Source: Eubacteriales bacterium (GTDB taxonomy: Bacteria > Bacillota > Clostridia > Saccharofermentanales > DTU023). From it: a DNA stretch of 64,000 nucleotides. Positions within the stretch are counted from its first letter, which is position 1. Each line of letters opens with the position of its first letter. Under the pieces are notes generated by a model, which was given only the letters and a program-made list of their open reading frames with translations, was not told where the DNA came from and ran no database searches. The stretch lies in NCBI GenBank assembly GCA_030537595.1, contig JAUNVR010000001.1:79526-143525 (forward strand), given 5' to 3'. This document shows positions 53,624 to 62,116 of the stretch, one piece after another. The translations under genes and the position numbers were made by a program.

Positions 53624-54827
53624 AGAATTATTTACAGAGTATTTTTACCAAAATCCCTATAGTCGGGAGATGGAAAGCACGATTGAACTCTGCTTCGAGT
53701 ATGAAGCTGGCCTTTATGCAGTAGTTGCCGAGGACAGCTGTTTCTACCCGGAGGGCGGAGGCCAACCGGGAGACCGGGGCGAAATAATTGTGGCCGGCAA
53801 GAGCTATCCTGTCCTCGACACAATCCGTCGTCAAGGGGCTATTTTACATCTAATTCCCGAGCCGCTAGCGAAGACCCCGGTAAAGGCGATTTTTAGAATT
53901 GACTGGCAGCGGCGTTTCGACTTCATGCAACAGCATTCTGGCGAACACCTAATTTCCGGAATTTGCCACAGCCTAAAAGGCTATGACAATGTTGGCTTCC
54001 ATATTAATGAAGAAACCATGGTCATTGACTTTAACGGCGAGCTCAGTCCGTCCGAACTAGCCGAGATTGAACTACGGGCGAATCAGGCGGTCTGGGAAAA
54101 TGTCGAGATTGAAATACTCTTCCCCTCAGTCGCTGAAGCCAAGGCTCTAGACTACCGTTCGAAAAAGGAAGTCGGCGAGAGGCTGCGCCTGGTTAAAGTT
54201 GGCAACTATGATTTATGTGCCTGCTGTGGTACGCAGTTGAGAAAGACTGGGGAAATTGGACCGATTCGCTTAAGAAGAATGCAAAAGCACAGAGGCGGAG
54301 TGAGAATCAATGCCTATTGTGGCCGTCGTGCTCTGCTGCTAGATCGCGAGCAAAGCGAAATTATCGACAATCTAGTTCAGCTCTTTTCTGAACCCCAAGA
54401 AAATCTCTTAGTAGCTGCGGAAGATAGATTAGAAAAGCTAAAAAATTTGGACTCCGAGCTGGCTCTGCTCCGCCGTTCCGGCGTCCTGGAAAAGGCCAAA
54501 GCAGAAGCTGGAGCAGCTTACGGGATCTTTATCGTAGAAGCTTTCCCAGCCCAAGAGTTAAAGGATTTAGCAAAGGAACTAAGCGGTGATTTCCGCGACT
54601 TTGCGCTCCTCCTTCAGGTAAGTGAAGCTGAAGGGAAAGAGCAGAAGTGCAATTTCGTAGCTGCCCGCAGCCCAGAATCTGAGTCCACTTATGATTTGCG
54701 CGAATTGCTCCAGCAGCTAAAAGAAAAGTTCACAGTCAGGGCAGGTGGTCAGGCGGCCTTTGTCCAAGGCCAGGTGGAGGCGGAAGCCAAGGCCCTAGCC
54801 GCTTATATCAAAGAACTACTAGCCTAG
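53616..54827 (+). CDS. alaX: AlaX-L type alanyl-tRNA editing protein (AlaRS editing domain paralogue)
   Basis: 403 aa. HSGEH (HxxxH) motif, a second zinc motif present as CCGTQ, and a DHHA1-like C-terminal domain. Overlaps the CPBP gene by 8 nt. Confidence 0.8.
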   Translation: MAKELFTEYFYQNPYSREMESTIELCFEYEAGLYAVVAEDSCFYPEGGGQPGDRGEIIVAGKSYPVLDTIRRQGAILHLIPEPLAKTPVKAIFRIDWQRRFDFMQQHSGEHLISGICHSLKGYDNVGFHINEETMVIDFNGELSPSELAEIELRANQAVWENVEIEILFPSVAEAKALDYRSKKEVGERLRLVKVGNYDLCACCGTQLRKTGEIGPIRLRRMQKHRGGVRINAYCGRRALLLDREQSEIIDNLVQLFSEPQENLLVAAEDRLEKLKNLDSELALLRRSGVLEKAKAEAGAAYGIFIVEAFPAQELKDLAKELSGDFRDFALLLQVSEAEGKEQKCNFVAARSPESESTYDLRELLQQLKEKFTVRAGGQAAFVQGQVEAEAKALAAYIKELLA

Positions 54828-54873
54828 CAAGTCGCTGCAAATTAAGCTAAAAGTAGATTTAATCAAGCAATTG

Positions 54874-54906
54874 AAAAGACCCTCGGTTTCCCGAGGGTCT
54901 TCTGTT
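54874..54906. terminator. Bidirectional intrinsic terminator after alaX
   Basis: AAGACCCTCGG-TTTC-CCGAGGGTCTT forms an 11-bp stem. It is flanked by AAAA on the left and TCTGTT on the right. Confidence 0.85.
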
Positions 54907-55905
54907 CGCTCCAGCGAAGTTGTTTGCCTACCGCTTGTTGATCTTTTTGAGTTTTCTTATCATTTGGATGAACTCTGTCATTAGTAGTTTTATCGGTTTC
55001 CATCTTGCGTTTTACAGAGGTTACGTCTGATCGATTACTCTCTCTCGTTTGCCTCTAACCATCTATACAGACTTTGTTCATACAAACAACCTGCAACTTA
55101 GCCTAGGCCCTGACTACCGAAATCCATCTCTTTTTGCCGTTTTCTTTAGCTCTAGTTTTTTTACTGAAGCTTCGGATTTGATTCTTTCAATCATTTATCT
55201 TTCGATTCTTCGGCTACTTCGATTTATAAGACTTTAATGATCCGTACTCACTTGACGCTTGATTGAAAATCTCTGCCTAGTGTGGTCGACTTGGGATAAG
55301 TGATAACTTAAATTTTAAGGAGCTAATAAGTCTTCCAGCTTTTGGCCTTTATCATTCAACGTTTTCGAGATCTTTCACTATTGATCTTCGGATTTCGCCA
55401 ATTAGAGGGAGGCTTTTTGCTCTCACCTCTATTCTGAGGGGTGCTTGCTGCGACCACCTCAATCTTACGATCTTGGATAGTGCCTTTATTTGACCTGTCA
55501 AGCTTCGTTGCCTCTCGACGCTAAATATCGTGTCTTAGGCGGCTAGGGTTTTTGCTTTCCCTGGAGCTTGTCTAAACGATAACCCTTTCAAGTCGGCAAT
55601 GTCAAGTAAATTTGCAGTAAAATGAATTATTTTACCTTTCCGACAAAAAGCCGGAAGCTTCTTTATGGAAGAATCACAAAGAAAAGTTAAAGTTAAATTT
55701 TTTTAGCCATGATTTTCAGGGCTTTTTATGCTATAAAATTAGCAAAGAGAGCCCGGGACAGAGCAATCTTATTGTTCCGAGTGGCTGTCCCGGCTAGCTT
55801 TCAACTAAGCCTGGCTTAGATTTAACTGCGGCTCAGAAAGTATAGTTTGAGAAAGCAAGTGAAATAGATACAGAGGCTAAAGAGAGCCTTAGGATAGGTA
55901 TAAAT
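54907..55905. other. About 1 kb ORF-free, AT-rich, strand-skewed intergenic block (candidate non-coding RNA locus)
   Basis: The six-frame track shows only one 62-aa TTG ORF here. The plus strand of 54940-55260 is markedly T/C-rich. Every other intergenic gap in the window is under 400 nt. Confidence 0.8.
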
Positions 55906-56448
55906 ATGCGCTATTTATTAATTAGTGATACACATGGCGATCAAGGCTCGGTCGAACGGGTGCTGCAAATCTGTGGCCGCGTCGAGCAGGTTTTTCACGG
56001 AGGTGATGTCCTGGGCGGCCGGATTGGCAAGGGCCCAGATCCCTTTGCGCTTTATTTAGCAGCCCTCCCCAAGTTTACAGCGGTACGAGGTAATTGTGAC
56101 TTTCCGCAGGACGGGCGAGAGGAGGGTCTAGACCTCAGCCAGGAGCTCCGTTTGGAGGCCTTTGATGGGCGGCTAATTCTGATGCACCACGGACACCGCT
56201 ACAATTTCAAGCAATTACTGGAAAAGGCCAAAAGCTTAGGTGCCGAGGTGGTGCTAAGTGGGCATAGCCACCGCAAAGAGTTATTTAAGACGCAAGGCAT
56301 TATTTTTGTGAATCCGGGCTCTACGGCTAGGCCGCGCGATGGCATAGCTTCATTCGCCCTCTACCAGGACGGCAGTTTTGCCCTAGTTGACCTCTACACG
56401 GGCCAGGTTTTAGCACGGAAGTCTTTTACTGATGCTGACGATTTTTAG
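55906..56448 (+). CDS. YfcE/MJ0936-family metallophosphoesterase
   Basis: 180 aa with motifs LISDTHGD, GGDVLG, GNCD, HHGH and GHSH. Confidence 0.85.
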   Translation: MRYLLISDTHGDQGSVERVLQICGRVEQVFHGGDVLGGRIGKGPDPFALYLAALPKFTAVRGNCDFPQDGREEGLDLSQELRLEAFDGRLILMHHGHRYNFKQLLEKAKSLGAEVVLSGHSHRKELFKTQGIIFVNPGSTARPRDGIASFALYQDGSFALVDLYTGQVLARKSFTDADDF

Positions 56449-56537
56449 CTCAGCTGAACGCCGCTACGGAAGCCGGAAAGCTCGGGCTAGATTAGTGTCC
56501 ATTTTTCGAGGCTTTTTTAGCTCAGGACTTAAGCTAG

Positions 56538-57086
56538 CTACTGGCCTTTATAGCGTTCCTTATCTAAGCTTGCAATAAAGGGGAGATGTCGATCCTGCTC
56601 ACGAAAGTCCATGCCGTAACCGACGACCCTACTGTAATCAATTTCGAAACCGAGATAATCGAGGGGCAGGTCAATCAGCTGTTGCTCTGGATTAGCCAAG
56701 AGGGAGATTAAGCGGAGACTTTTCGGCCGGCGTTTTTCCAGGTATTGCAACATATAATTTGTAGTTAGGCCGGAGCGGACAATTTCCTCAACGACCAGGA
56801 CCTCACGCCCCTCGATTTCGAGATCGAGATCCTTTGTAACCCGGACAATACCGGCATCCTGGCTCGCCCGCCCGAGTGAACTGATGCCAATTAGGTCAAA
56901 GGCGATGGGTAAATCGATGGCTCGAGTTAAGTCCGCCATAAAATAAATTGAGCCTTTAAGCATCGCAACTAAGACTAGATCCTTGCCCTGGTAATCACGG
57001 CTAATCTGGGCTCCTAATTCCTGAACTCGAGTCTGAATCTCAGCGGCGGAAAATAAAATATCATAGTTTCTACTCATCTTTTTCAT
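56538..57086 (-). CDS. hpt: Hypoxanthine phosphoribosyltransferase
   Basis: 182 aa with the PRPP loop VLVVEEIVRSGLT. The start may instead be at 57077. Confidence 0.9.
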   Translation of the reverse strand: MKKMSRNYDILFSAAEIQTRVQELGAQISRDYQGKDLVLVAMLKGSIYFMADLTRAIDLPIAFDLIGISSLGRASQDAGIVRVTKDLDLEIEGREVLVVEEIVRSGLTTNYMLQYLEKRRPKSLRLISLLANPEQQLIDLPLDYLGFEIDYSRVVGYGMDFREQDRHLPFIASLDKERYKGQ

Positions 57087-58164
57087 CCTCAGTGTTTAAT
57101 AGATCCTCTGCCTCAAGCTGACTGAGGCCATTTTGATTACTGGCAGTAAATTTAGCAGCAAAATCCTGATCAGTGATGCCAGCCGCTTCAAAGCGCTCGA
57201 AGAGGGACTGAAAGTCTTTTTTATAGACTACTCGACAGCGCAGACCGGGGTACAATTCGGCCAATCTTTTGGCCTTTTTCTTTTTCAAACTGACATACTT
57301 CTGATTCATGGTGGTTAGCTCGAGGAATAAGTCAAAGCGTGGCAGGTAAAAATCCGGCGAAAAGGCTAAGGAAACGCGCCCTTCCTCATCCCACTCAACC
57401 GGGTAGGTTTTGGGCTCGTAGCGCCACTCTAAATTGTAAAGATCGAGTAAGCGCGCAAAGTCTCGCTCACTTTCATTCTTTAATTCAAAGTAGTGCGGGT
57501 TTACTGTCGCATGCTGACTTGATTCGTCAAACTGTGCCAGGCGTTGCTGGATGCTGCGCTCGAGGACTAATTCGTCAACTAGATTAAGCATCGCCTCAAA
57601 AGAAAGTCGACCGCTGTTGAAGATCGCATCATAATAGACAGCATCAGACTCGCTTTGCCCCATGAATATAGTGGTGAAAAAACGTCGTTCCAAACGCTCA
57701 ATTTGCTCAAAGACCTGGCCAAAGTCGGACTTTGCCGGAACTACGATATCCCGGTAGCTTAAATCCTGGCCGTCATTTTCACGGACCTTCTTTTCGTTTC
57801 TTTGCTTAAAGCGCTGGCGACGAAATTCACGGTCGGCAACTAGGCGAAGGTGGGTCGCAGACTCATGCCCTTCGAGAAAAAATTGCCCGCCACAATCCAA
57901 AAGCACAAGATTGGAGCGACTAGCTAAATCATTAACTGCACCATAAAGATAATCGCGAAAAGAAATACCGGCAGAACTTTCACTGAGATAATATTTAGGG
58001 CTAACTCTGAGCATATGGCGCTCATGCTCGGTGGAAATTGGTTTAATAAAACGCTCGATTAAATCTTCGCGATCTAAAACCTCAGCAAAAAAGCGATCGG
58101 CTACCCGTTCAGCAAATTCTGCGCCATAGGCAGCAACCTCGCTCGAAATTGTGATGACAGTCAA
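57070..58164 (-). CDS. Hypothetical two-domain protein: degenerate cytidylate-kinase-like N-domain plus a nuclease-like C-domain
   Basis: 364 aa. TTG start 7 nt after GAGGAGG. The N-terminus MTVITISSEVAAYGAEFAERVA resembles the Cytidylate_kin2 family without a P-loop. The C-terminus ESERDFARLLD...EWRYEPKTY...FSPDFYLP...LFLELT resembles PD-(D/E)xK/TnsA-like cores. Overlaps hpt by 17 nt. Confidence 0.45.
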   Translation of the reverse strand: MTVITISSEVAAYGAEFAERVADRFFAEVLDREDLIERFIKPISTEHERHMLRVSPKYYLSESSAGISFRDYLYGAVNDLASRSNLVLLDCGGQFFLEGHESATHLRLVADREFRRQRFKQRNEKKVRENDGQDLSYRDIVVPAKSDFGQVFEQIERLERRFFTTIFMGQSESDAVYYDAIFNSGRLSFEAMLNLVDELVLERSIQQRLAQFDESSQHATVNPHYFELKNESERDFARLLDLYNLEWRYEPKTYPVEWDEEGRVSLAFSPDFYLPRFDLFLELTTMNQKYVSLKKKKAKRLAELYPGLRCRVVYKKDFQSLFERFEAAGITDQDFAAKFTASNQNGLSQLEAEDLLNTEDEKDE

Positions 58165-58534
58165 GACAATTCCTCCTCTAGGCTTAGTTAATTTCCCAGC
58201 TCCTCTATATACTATATAGTATAGACATAATACTAGTCTTTTGGACTAGCTATTCTGCTAATTTTTTACGCCGAGTAGAGTAGGGAATTAGAATTGGGTG
58301 CGGGACTCTGGAAGCAAGCTTTTATTCAGCCGAAATAAGCTGGCTAGACAAGAGCTAGAGCAAATTAAAGCACTGCGCTAAAAATTCCTGATTTCTCTTG
58401 ACATTGAAAGCTGATGTGGTACTCTTAAATAGCTTTCCGTCGCAAGGATCTTTTTTTTTGCACGGAAAAATCTAAAAGACTTTACAAATAAGCCCTGCCG
58501 GACCGGGGCTCTTCGTGGAGTTTGGAGGTTTACG

Positions 58535-58699
58535 ATGGCTAAAGTAGGCGATCGCATCAAAATCACCTTTGCCTGTTCAGAATGCAAGCAGAGAAATTAT
58601 GACACGAAAAAGAACAAGCGCAATTCCAGCGACAAACTGGAAATGAAAAAATTCTGCCCGTTCTGCCGCAAGCATACGCTGCACAAGGAAACCAAGTAG
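58535..58699 (+). CDS. rpmG: 50S ribosomal protein L33
   Basis: 54 aa ([54 protein letters not shown]), translated by hand. GGAGG RBS at 58524-58528. Below the ORF-track size cutoff. Sits in the canonical position before secE. Confidence 0.92.
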   Translation: MAKVGDRIKITFACSECKQRNYDTKKNKRNSSDKLEMKKFCPFCRKHTLHKETK

Positions 58700-58746
58700 G
58701 TTTTTAATGCTCTGCCTGTGGGAGAGTTTGAAAGTGGTGAGTTAAG

Positions 58747-59037
58747 ATGGCAAGAAAAAAGACAGACAACAGAGGCAAAAAGGCCAAAAGCGAGAAGCCG
58801 GGCTTTTTTAAGCGAGTACGCAATTTCTTTAAGGGTATCTGGCAGGAACTGAAACGGGTTTCCTGGACTGATGCTAAGACACTGCGTCAGAATACGGCAA
58901 CTGTTTTGGTAATTATCTTTATTGCAGCTGCTAGCATCTGGTTGTTCGATATGGCAATCCAGGGCGTGCTGACAGCCAGCGGCTTCTATACCGGACATGA
59001 GACGCGGGCAATTGAGTCCCCGGCTGATGCGGAGTAA
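58747..59037 (+). CDS. secE: Preprotein translocase subunit SecE
   Basis: 96 aa. Basic N-terminus, FFKGIWQELKRVSW motif and a single TM helix. Confidence 0.88.
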   Translation: MARKKTDNRGKKAKSEKPGFFKRVRNFFKGIWQELKRVSWTDAKTLRQNTATVLVIIFIAAASIWLFDMAIQGVLTASGFYTGHETRAIESPADAE

Positions 59038-59074
59038 GCGGCGGCGCCGTTTACTATAAGGAGATCTAAATTTA

Positions 59075-59611
59075 ATGAGCCGACATGATGAGCATGAAGC
59101 GAAGTGGTATGTAATTCATACCTACTCCGGTTATGAGAACAAAGTAAAAGACACTCTGGAAATGATTGTCGAAAACCGTGGTCTGGAGGATTATATCCAA
59201 GAGATTTCGGTGCCGACTGAGCAGGTTGTCGAGATTAAGGACGGAAAAAAGAAAATTTACGACCGTAAAATCTACCCTGGCTATGTTCTCGTAAAGCTCA
59301 TTTTGACTGACGAGATTTGGTATATCGTACGTAATACACGTGGGGTTACCGGCTTTGTTGGCCCGTCGAGCACTCACCCTGTACCTTTAACCGAGGAAGA
59401 GTTGATGATCATGGGTCTGGTGCAGAACCTCGATCCAGTCGTCGATTACGATATCGGTGATTCAGTCCGGATTATTCAGGGTCCCTTGGAATCATTTACA
59501 GGTGTAGTCCAAGAGATCGATAGTGAGAAGAAAAAAGTCGTGGTCCTCGTTTCTATGTTTGGCCGCGAAACACCTGTTGAATTAGAACTGACCCAGATTT
59601 TAAGAATCTAG
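59075..59611 (+). CDS. nusG: Transcription termination/antitermination factor NusG
   Basis: 178 aa. KWYVIHTYSGYENKV NGN domain and a KOW motif in the C-terminus. Confidence 0.95.
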   Translation: MSRHDEHEAKWYVIHTYSGYENKVKDTLEMIVENRGLEDYIQEISVPTEQVVEIKDGKKKIYDRKIYPGYVLVKLILTDEIWYIVRNTRGVTGFVGPSSTHPVPLTEEELMIMGLVQNLDPVVDYDIGDSVRIIQGPLESFTGVVQEIDSEKKKVVVLVSMFGRETPVELELTQILRI

Positions 59612-59640
59612 GTGAGAAATAAAATTGGGAGGTGGCCACA

Positions 59641-60072
59641 ATGGCTAAGAAAGTAATGGCAATTGTCAAGTTGCAAATCCCTGCCGGGAAAGCAACACCA
59701 GCGCCACCGGTGGGACCAGCCCTTGGTGCGCACGGTCTAAACATTGCGCAATTCGTCAAGGATTTTAACGAGCGTACAGCTAAGGACATGGGGTATATCA
59801 TCCCCGTTGTCATCACGGTTTATCAAGACCGTACCTTTACGTTCATTACCAAGAAACCCCCGGTGCCCGTACTGTTAAAGAAGGCTTGTAATCTGGAACT
59901 TGCTTCCGGTGAGCCGAATAAGAAGAAAGTTGCAGAGATTCCCTGGTCTGAATGCTTGAAGATTGCGGAAATCAAATTAGAAGAATCTAATGCTAGCGAC
60001 TTAGAAGCTTGCGCCCGGATGGTCGCAGGTACAGCACGCTCCATGGGTATCACCGTGAAGATGGACGCATAG
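59641..60072 (+). CDS. rplK: 50S ribosomal protein L11
   Basis: ATG 59641 follows GGGAGG. The family N-terminus is [29 protein letters not shown]. Confidence 0.95.
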   Translation: MAKKVMAIVKLQIPAGKATPAPPVGPALGAHGLNIAQFVKDFNERTAKDMGYIIPVVITVYQDRTFTFITKKPPVPVLLKKACNLELASGEPNKKKVAEIPWSECLKIAEIKLEESNASDLEACARMVAGTARSMGITVKMDA

Positions 60073-60084
60073 GGAGGACTTGAG

Positions 60085-60777
60085 ATGGCAAAACACGGAA
60101 AACGTTATCGCAAGGTCTCTGAGCTCGTAGATCGCCAAAAGCACTACGACCCGGCCGAAGCGGTTAAACTCGTAAAAGAAACCGGCAGCACCAAATTCGA
60201 TGAGACAGTGGAATTCCACTGCCGTCTAGGTGTCGACTCACGTCACGCCGACCAGCAGGTTCGCGGCGCAGTTGTACTGCCCCACGGAACCGGTAAATCT
60301 GTACGTATCTTGGCCTTTGCCAAGGGCGCTAAAGCCGATGAGGCTAAGGCAGCCGGTGCAGATTATGTCGGAGCTGATGAGCTCGCTGAGAAGATTCAGA
60401 ATGAGAACTGGTTTGAATTCGACGTCATCGTCGCCACCCCGGACATGATGGGTGTGGTCGGACGTCTGGGTCGTCTCTTAGGTCCTAAGGGCCTGATGCC
60501 GAACCCGAAGACTGGCACAGTTACTATGGAAATCGCTAAGGCCATTGAAGAGGCCAAAGCAGGTAAGATTGAGTATAGACTGGATAAGTCTAATATCATT
60601 CACTGCCCAATTGGTAAGTGCTCATTTACTGAAGAACAACTCTTAGAAAACTTTGAAACCCTGATGGACGCAATCGTCAAAGCACGTCCGGCAGCCGCAA
60701 AAGGCCGCTACGTCAGATCCTGCACCATCGCAGCCTCAATGGGCCCTGGGATCAAAGTTCAGCTGGCAGCTAAGTAG
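60085..60777 (+). CDS. rplA: 50S ribosomal protein L1
   Basis: 230 aa. [11 protein letters not shown] start, with GTVT and [11 protein letters not shown] motifs. Confidence 0.95.
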   Translation: MAKHGKRYRKVSELVDRQKHYDPAEAVKLVKETGSTKFDETVEFHCRLGVDSRHADQQVRGAVVLPHGTGKSVRILAFAKGAKADEAKAAGADYVGADELAEKIQNENWFEFDVIVATPDMMGVVGRLGRLLGPKGLMPNPKTGTVTMEIAKAIEEAKAGKIEYRLDKSNIIHCPIGKCSFTEEQLLENFETLMDAIVKARPAAAKGRYVRSCTIAASMGPGIKVQLAAK

Positions 60778-60837
60778 TTGCCGCAGCCTGCCTCAGGCAG
60801 GAAACTGCTCCTAGAGCAGACCTAATTTAATAAATAA

Positions 60838-60952
60838 CCCTGTCGCCAAAGACCGGTGGTACCTTTATGGTATAAAGCCCTGCGCACCACCCGAGGCGGA
60901 GCTTTTAGAAGATTTTTTCTACCCCTCCGTCTAGCGCGTGAGGGGTATTTAA
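60838..60952 (+). promoter_or_regulatory. Probable ribosomal protein L10 leader (autoregulatory 5' UTR of rplJL)
   Basis: Structured 5' UTR between rplA and rplJ. Terminal hairpin TACCCCTC...GAGGGGTA (60920-60947) followed by TTTAAAT. The position and size fit the Firmicutes L10 leader. Not verified against a covariance model. Confidence 0.5.
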
Positions 60953-60973
60953 ATATTAATAGGAGGAAGATCA

Positions 60974-61630
60974 ATGGCAAGCCAAAAGATTCTGGCGAAA
61001 AAGAAAAAACTCGTCAAAGAACTGGCTGATGAGCTGAAGGAAGCCCAGTCAATTGTCTTTACTGATTATCAGGGATTGACAGTTGCCCAGGACACCGAGA
61101 TGCGTGCAGCCTTCCGTAAAGAAGGCGTTGAGTATCGCGTTATTAAAAACAACATCAGCCGCCGTGCCTTAGAATCACTCGGAATTGTTCCCGAAGGTGA
61201 TGAATTGATCGGTCCGACAGCTCTGGCTTTCTCGAAGGATGACATTGTCATCGCACCGAGATTAGCCAAGAAATATGTCGATGAATTCAAAAAGATCAAG
61301 ATCAAGGGCGGTGTGGTCGAAGGTAAGCTCGAATCATTAGATTTAATCAACCAATTAGCCAGCATTCCCTCACAGGAAACACTGTATGGACAGTTGGTAT
61401 CCAGCTTACTATTCCCGATTACATCTTTGGCCATGACGCTTGGCGCTGCTGCTAAGGCCTGTGAAGAAAAGGGCCTAGAGCAGGTCAAAGACCTGGTCAA
61501 CGAAGATGCCGCTTCAGCTAAGGCTGAAGAGCCAGCAGCAGACGCAGAGGCTACAGAAGCCCAAGCAGAAGCCGCAAATGAAGCAAGTGAAGAAGACGCT
61601 CCGGCCCCAGCCGAAGCTCCTGCTGAATAA
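60974..61630 (+). CDS. rplJ: 50S ribosomal protein L10 with an acidic C-terminal extension of about 50 aa
   Basis: 218 aa. The canonical L10 core runs to about residue 166, followed by [43 protein letters not shown]. Confidence 0.93.
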   Translation: MASQKILAKKKKLVKELADELKEAQSIVFTDYQGLTVAQDTEMRAAFRKEGVEYRVIKNNISRRALESLGIVPEGDELIGPTALAFSKDDIVIAPRLAKKYVDEFKKIKIKGGVVEGKLESLDLINQLASIPSQETLYGQLVSSLLFPITSLAMTLGAAAKACEEKGLEQVKDLVNEDAASAKAEEPAADAEATEAQAEAANEASEEDAPAPAEAPAE

Positions 61631-61656
61631 GCAAATTTATTAGAGAGGTAATTCAA

Positions 61657-62034
61657 ATGTCTGAAAAAATTACTAATATTATTGAAGAAGTAAAAGGCCT
61701 GAGCGTAATTGAACTGAACGAATTAGTCAAAGCTCTGGAAGAAGAATTCGGCGTTTCCGCCGCAGCCATGATGGCAGTCGCACCTGGTGCAGCAGCCGGT
61801 GGTGCAGCCGCAGAAGAAGAGAAGAGCGAGTTCACCGTTATCCTGAAGAGCCCAGGTGGATCAAAGATCCCCGTTATCAAGGCAGTTCAGAAGATTACCG
61901 GTCTCGGCTTGAAAGATGCCAAGGCTGTTGTCGATGCCGCTCCGAAGGAAGTCAAAGAAAACGTTTCCAAGGAAGAAGCCGAAGAGATCAAAACTGCACT
62001 CGAAGAAGCAGGCGCAGAAGTCGAACTCAAGTAA
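61657..62034 (+). CDS. rplL: 50S ribosomal protein L7/L12
   Basis: 125 aa. An Ala/Gly hinge and a conserved C-terminal domain [24 protein letters not shown]. Confidence 0.95.
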   Translation: MSEKITNIIEEVKGLSVIELNELVKALEEEFGVSAAAMMAVAPGAAAGGAAAEEEKSEFTVILKSPGGSKIPVIKAVQKITGLGLKDAKAVVDAAPKEVKENVSKEEAEEIKTALEEAGAEVELK

Positions 62035-62056
62035 GTTTAAAATATTTGCACAAAGT

Positions 62057-62096
62057 AAAAGGGTGGTCGCTCCGAGAGCAGACCACCCTTTTTTGC
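62057..62096 (+). terminator. Intrinsic terminator after rplL
   Basis: AAAAGGGTGGTC...GACCACCCTTTTTTG. Confidence 0.85.
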
Positions 62097-62116
62097 TTTT
62101 AGTTCTTAATCTAAGC

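Noticed and set aside
55049-55237. 62-aa TTG ORF in the ORF-free block, and a 47-aa minus-strand ATG ORF (about 54863-55006) running through the terminator hairpin
   Set aside because: Neither has a Shine-Dalgarno sequence. The first is low-complexity Phe/Leu/Ser sequence from a T-rich strand. The second would be translated through the alaX terminator stem.
58378-58998. Minus-strand ORFs of 69 and 133 aa
   Set aside because: They are antisense to rpmG (found by hand at 58535-58699) and to secE, both of which sit in canonical order before nusG.
61069-61656. 195-aa minus-strand ORF antisense to rplJ
   Set aside because: rplJ is unambiguous. The antisense product is Ala/Ser low complexity generated by the GC-rich Ala/Glu codons of the L10 tail.
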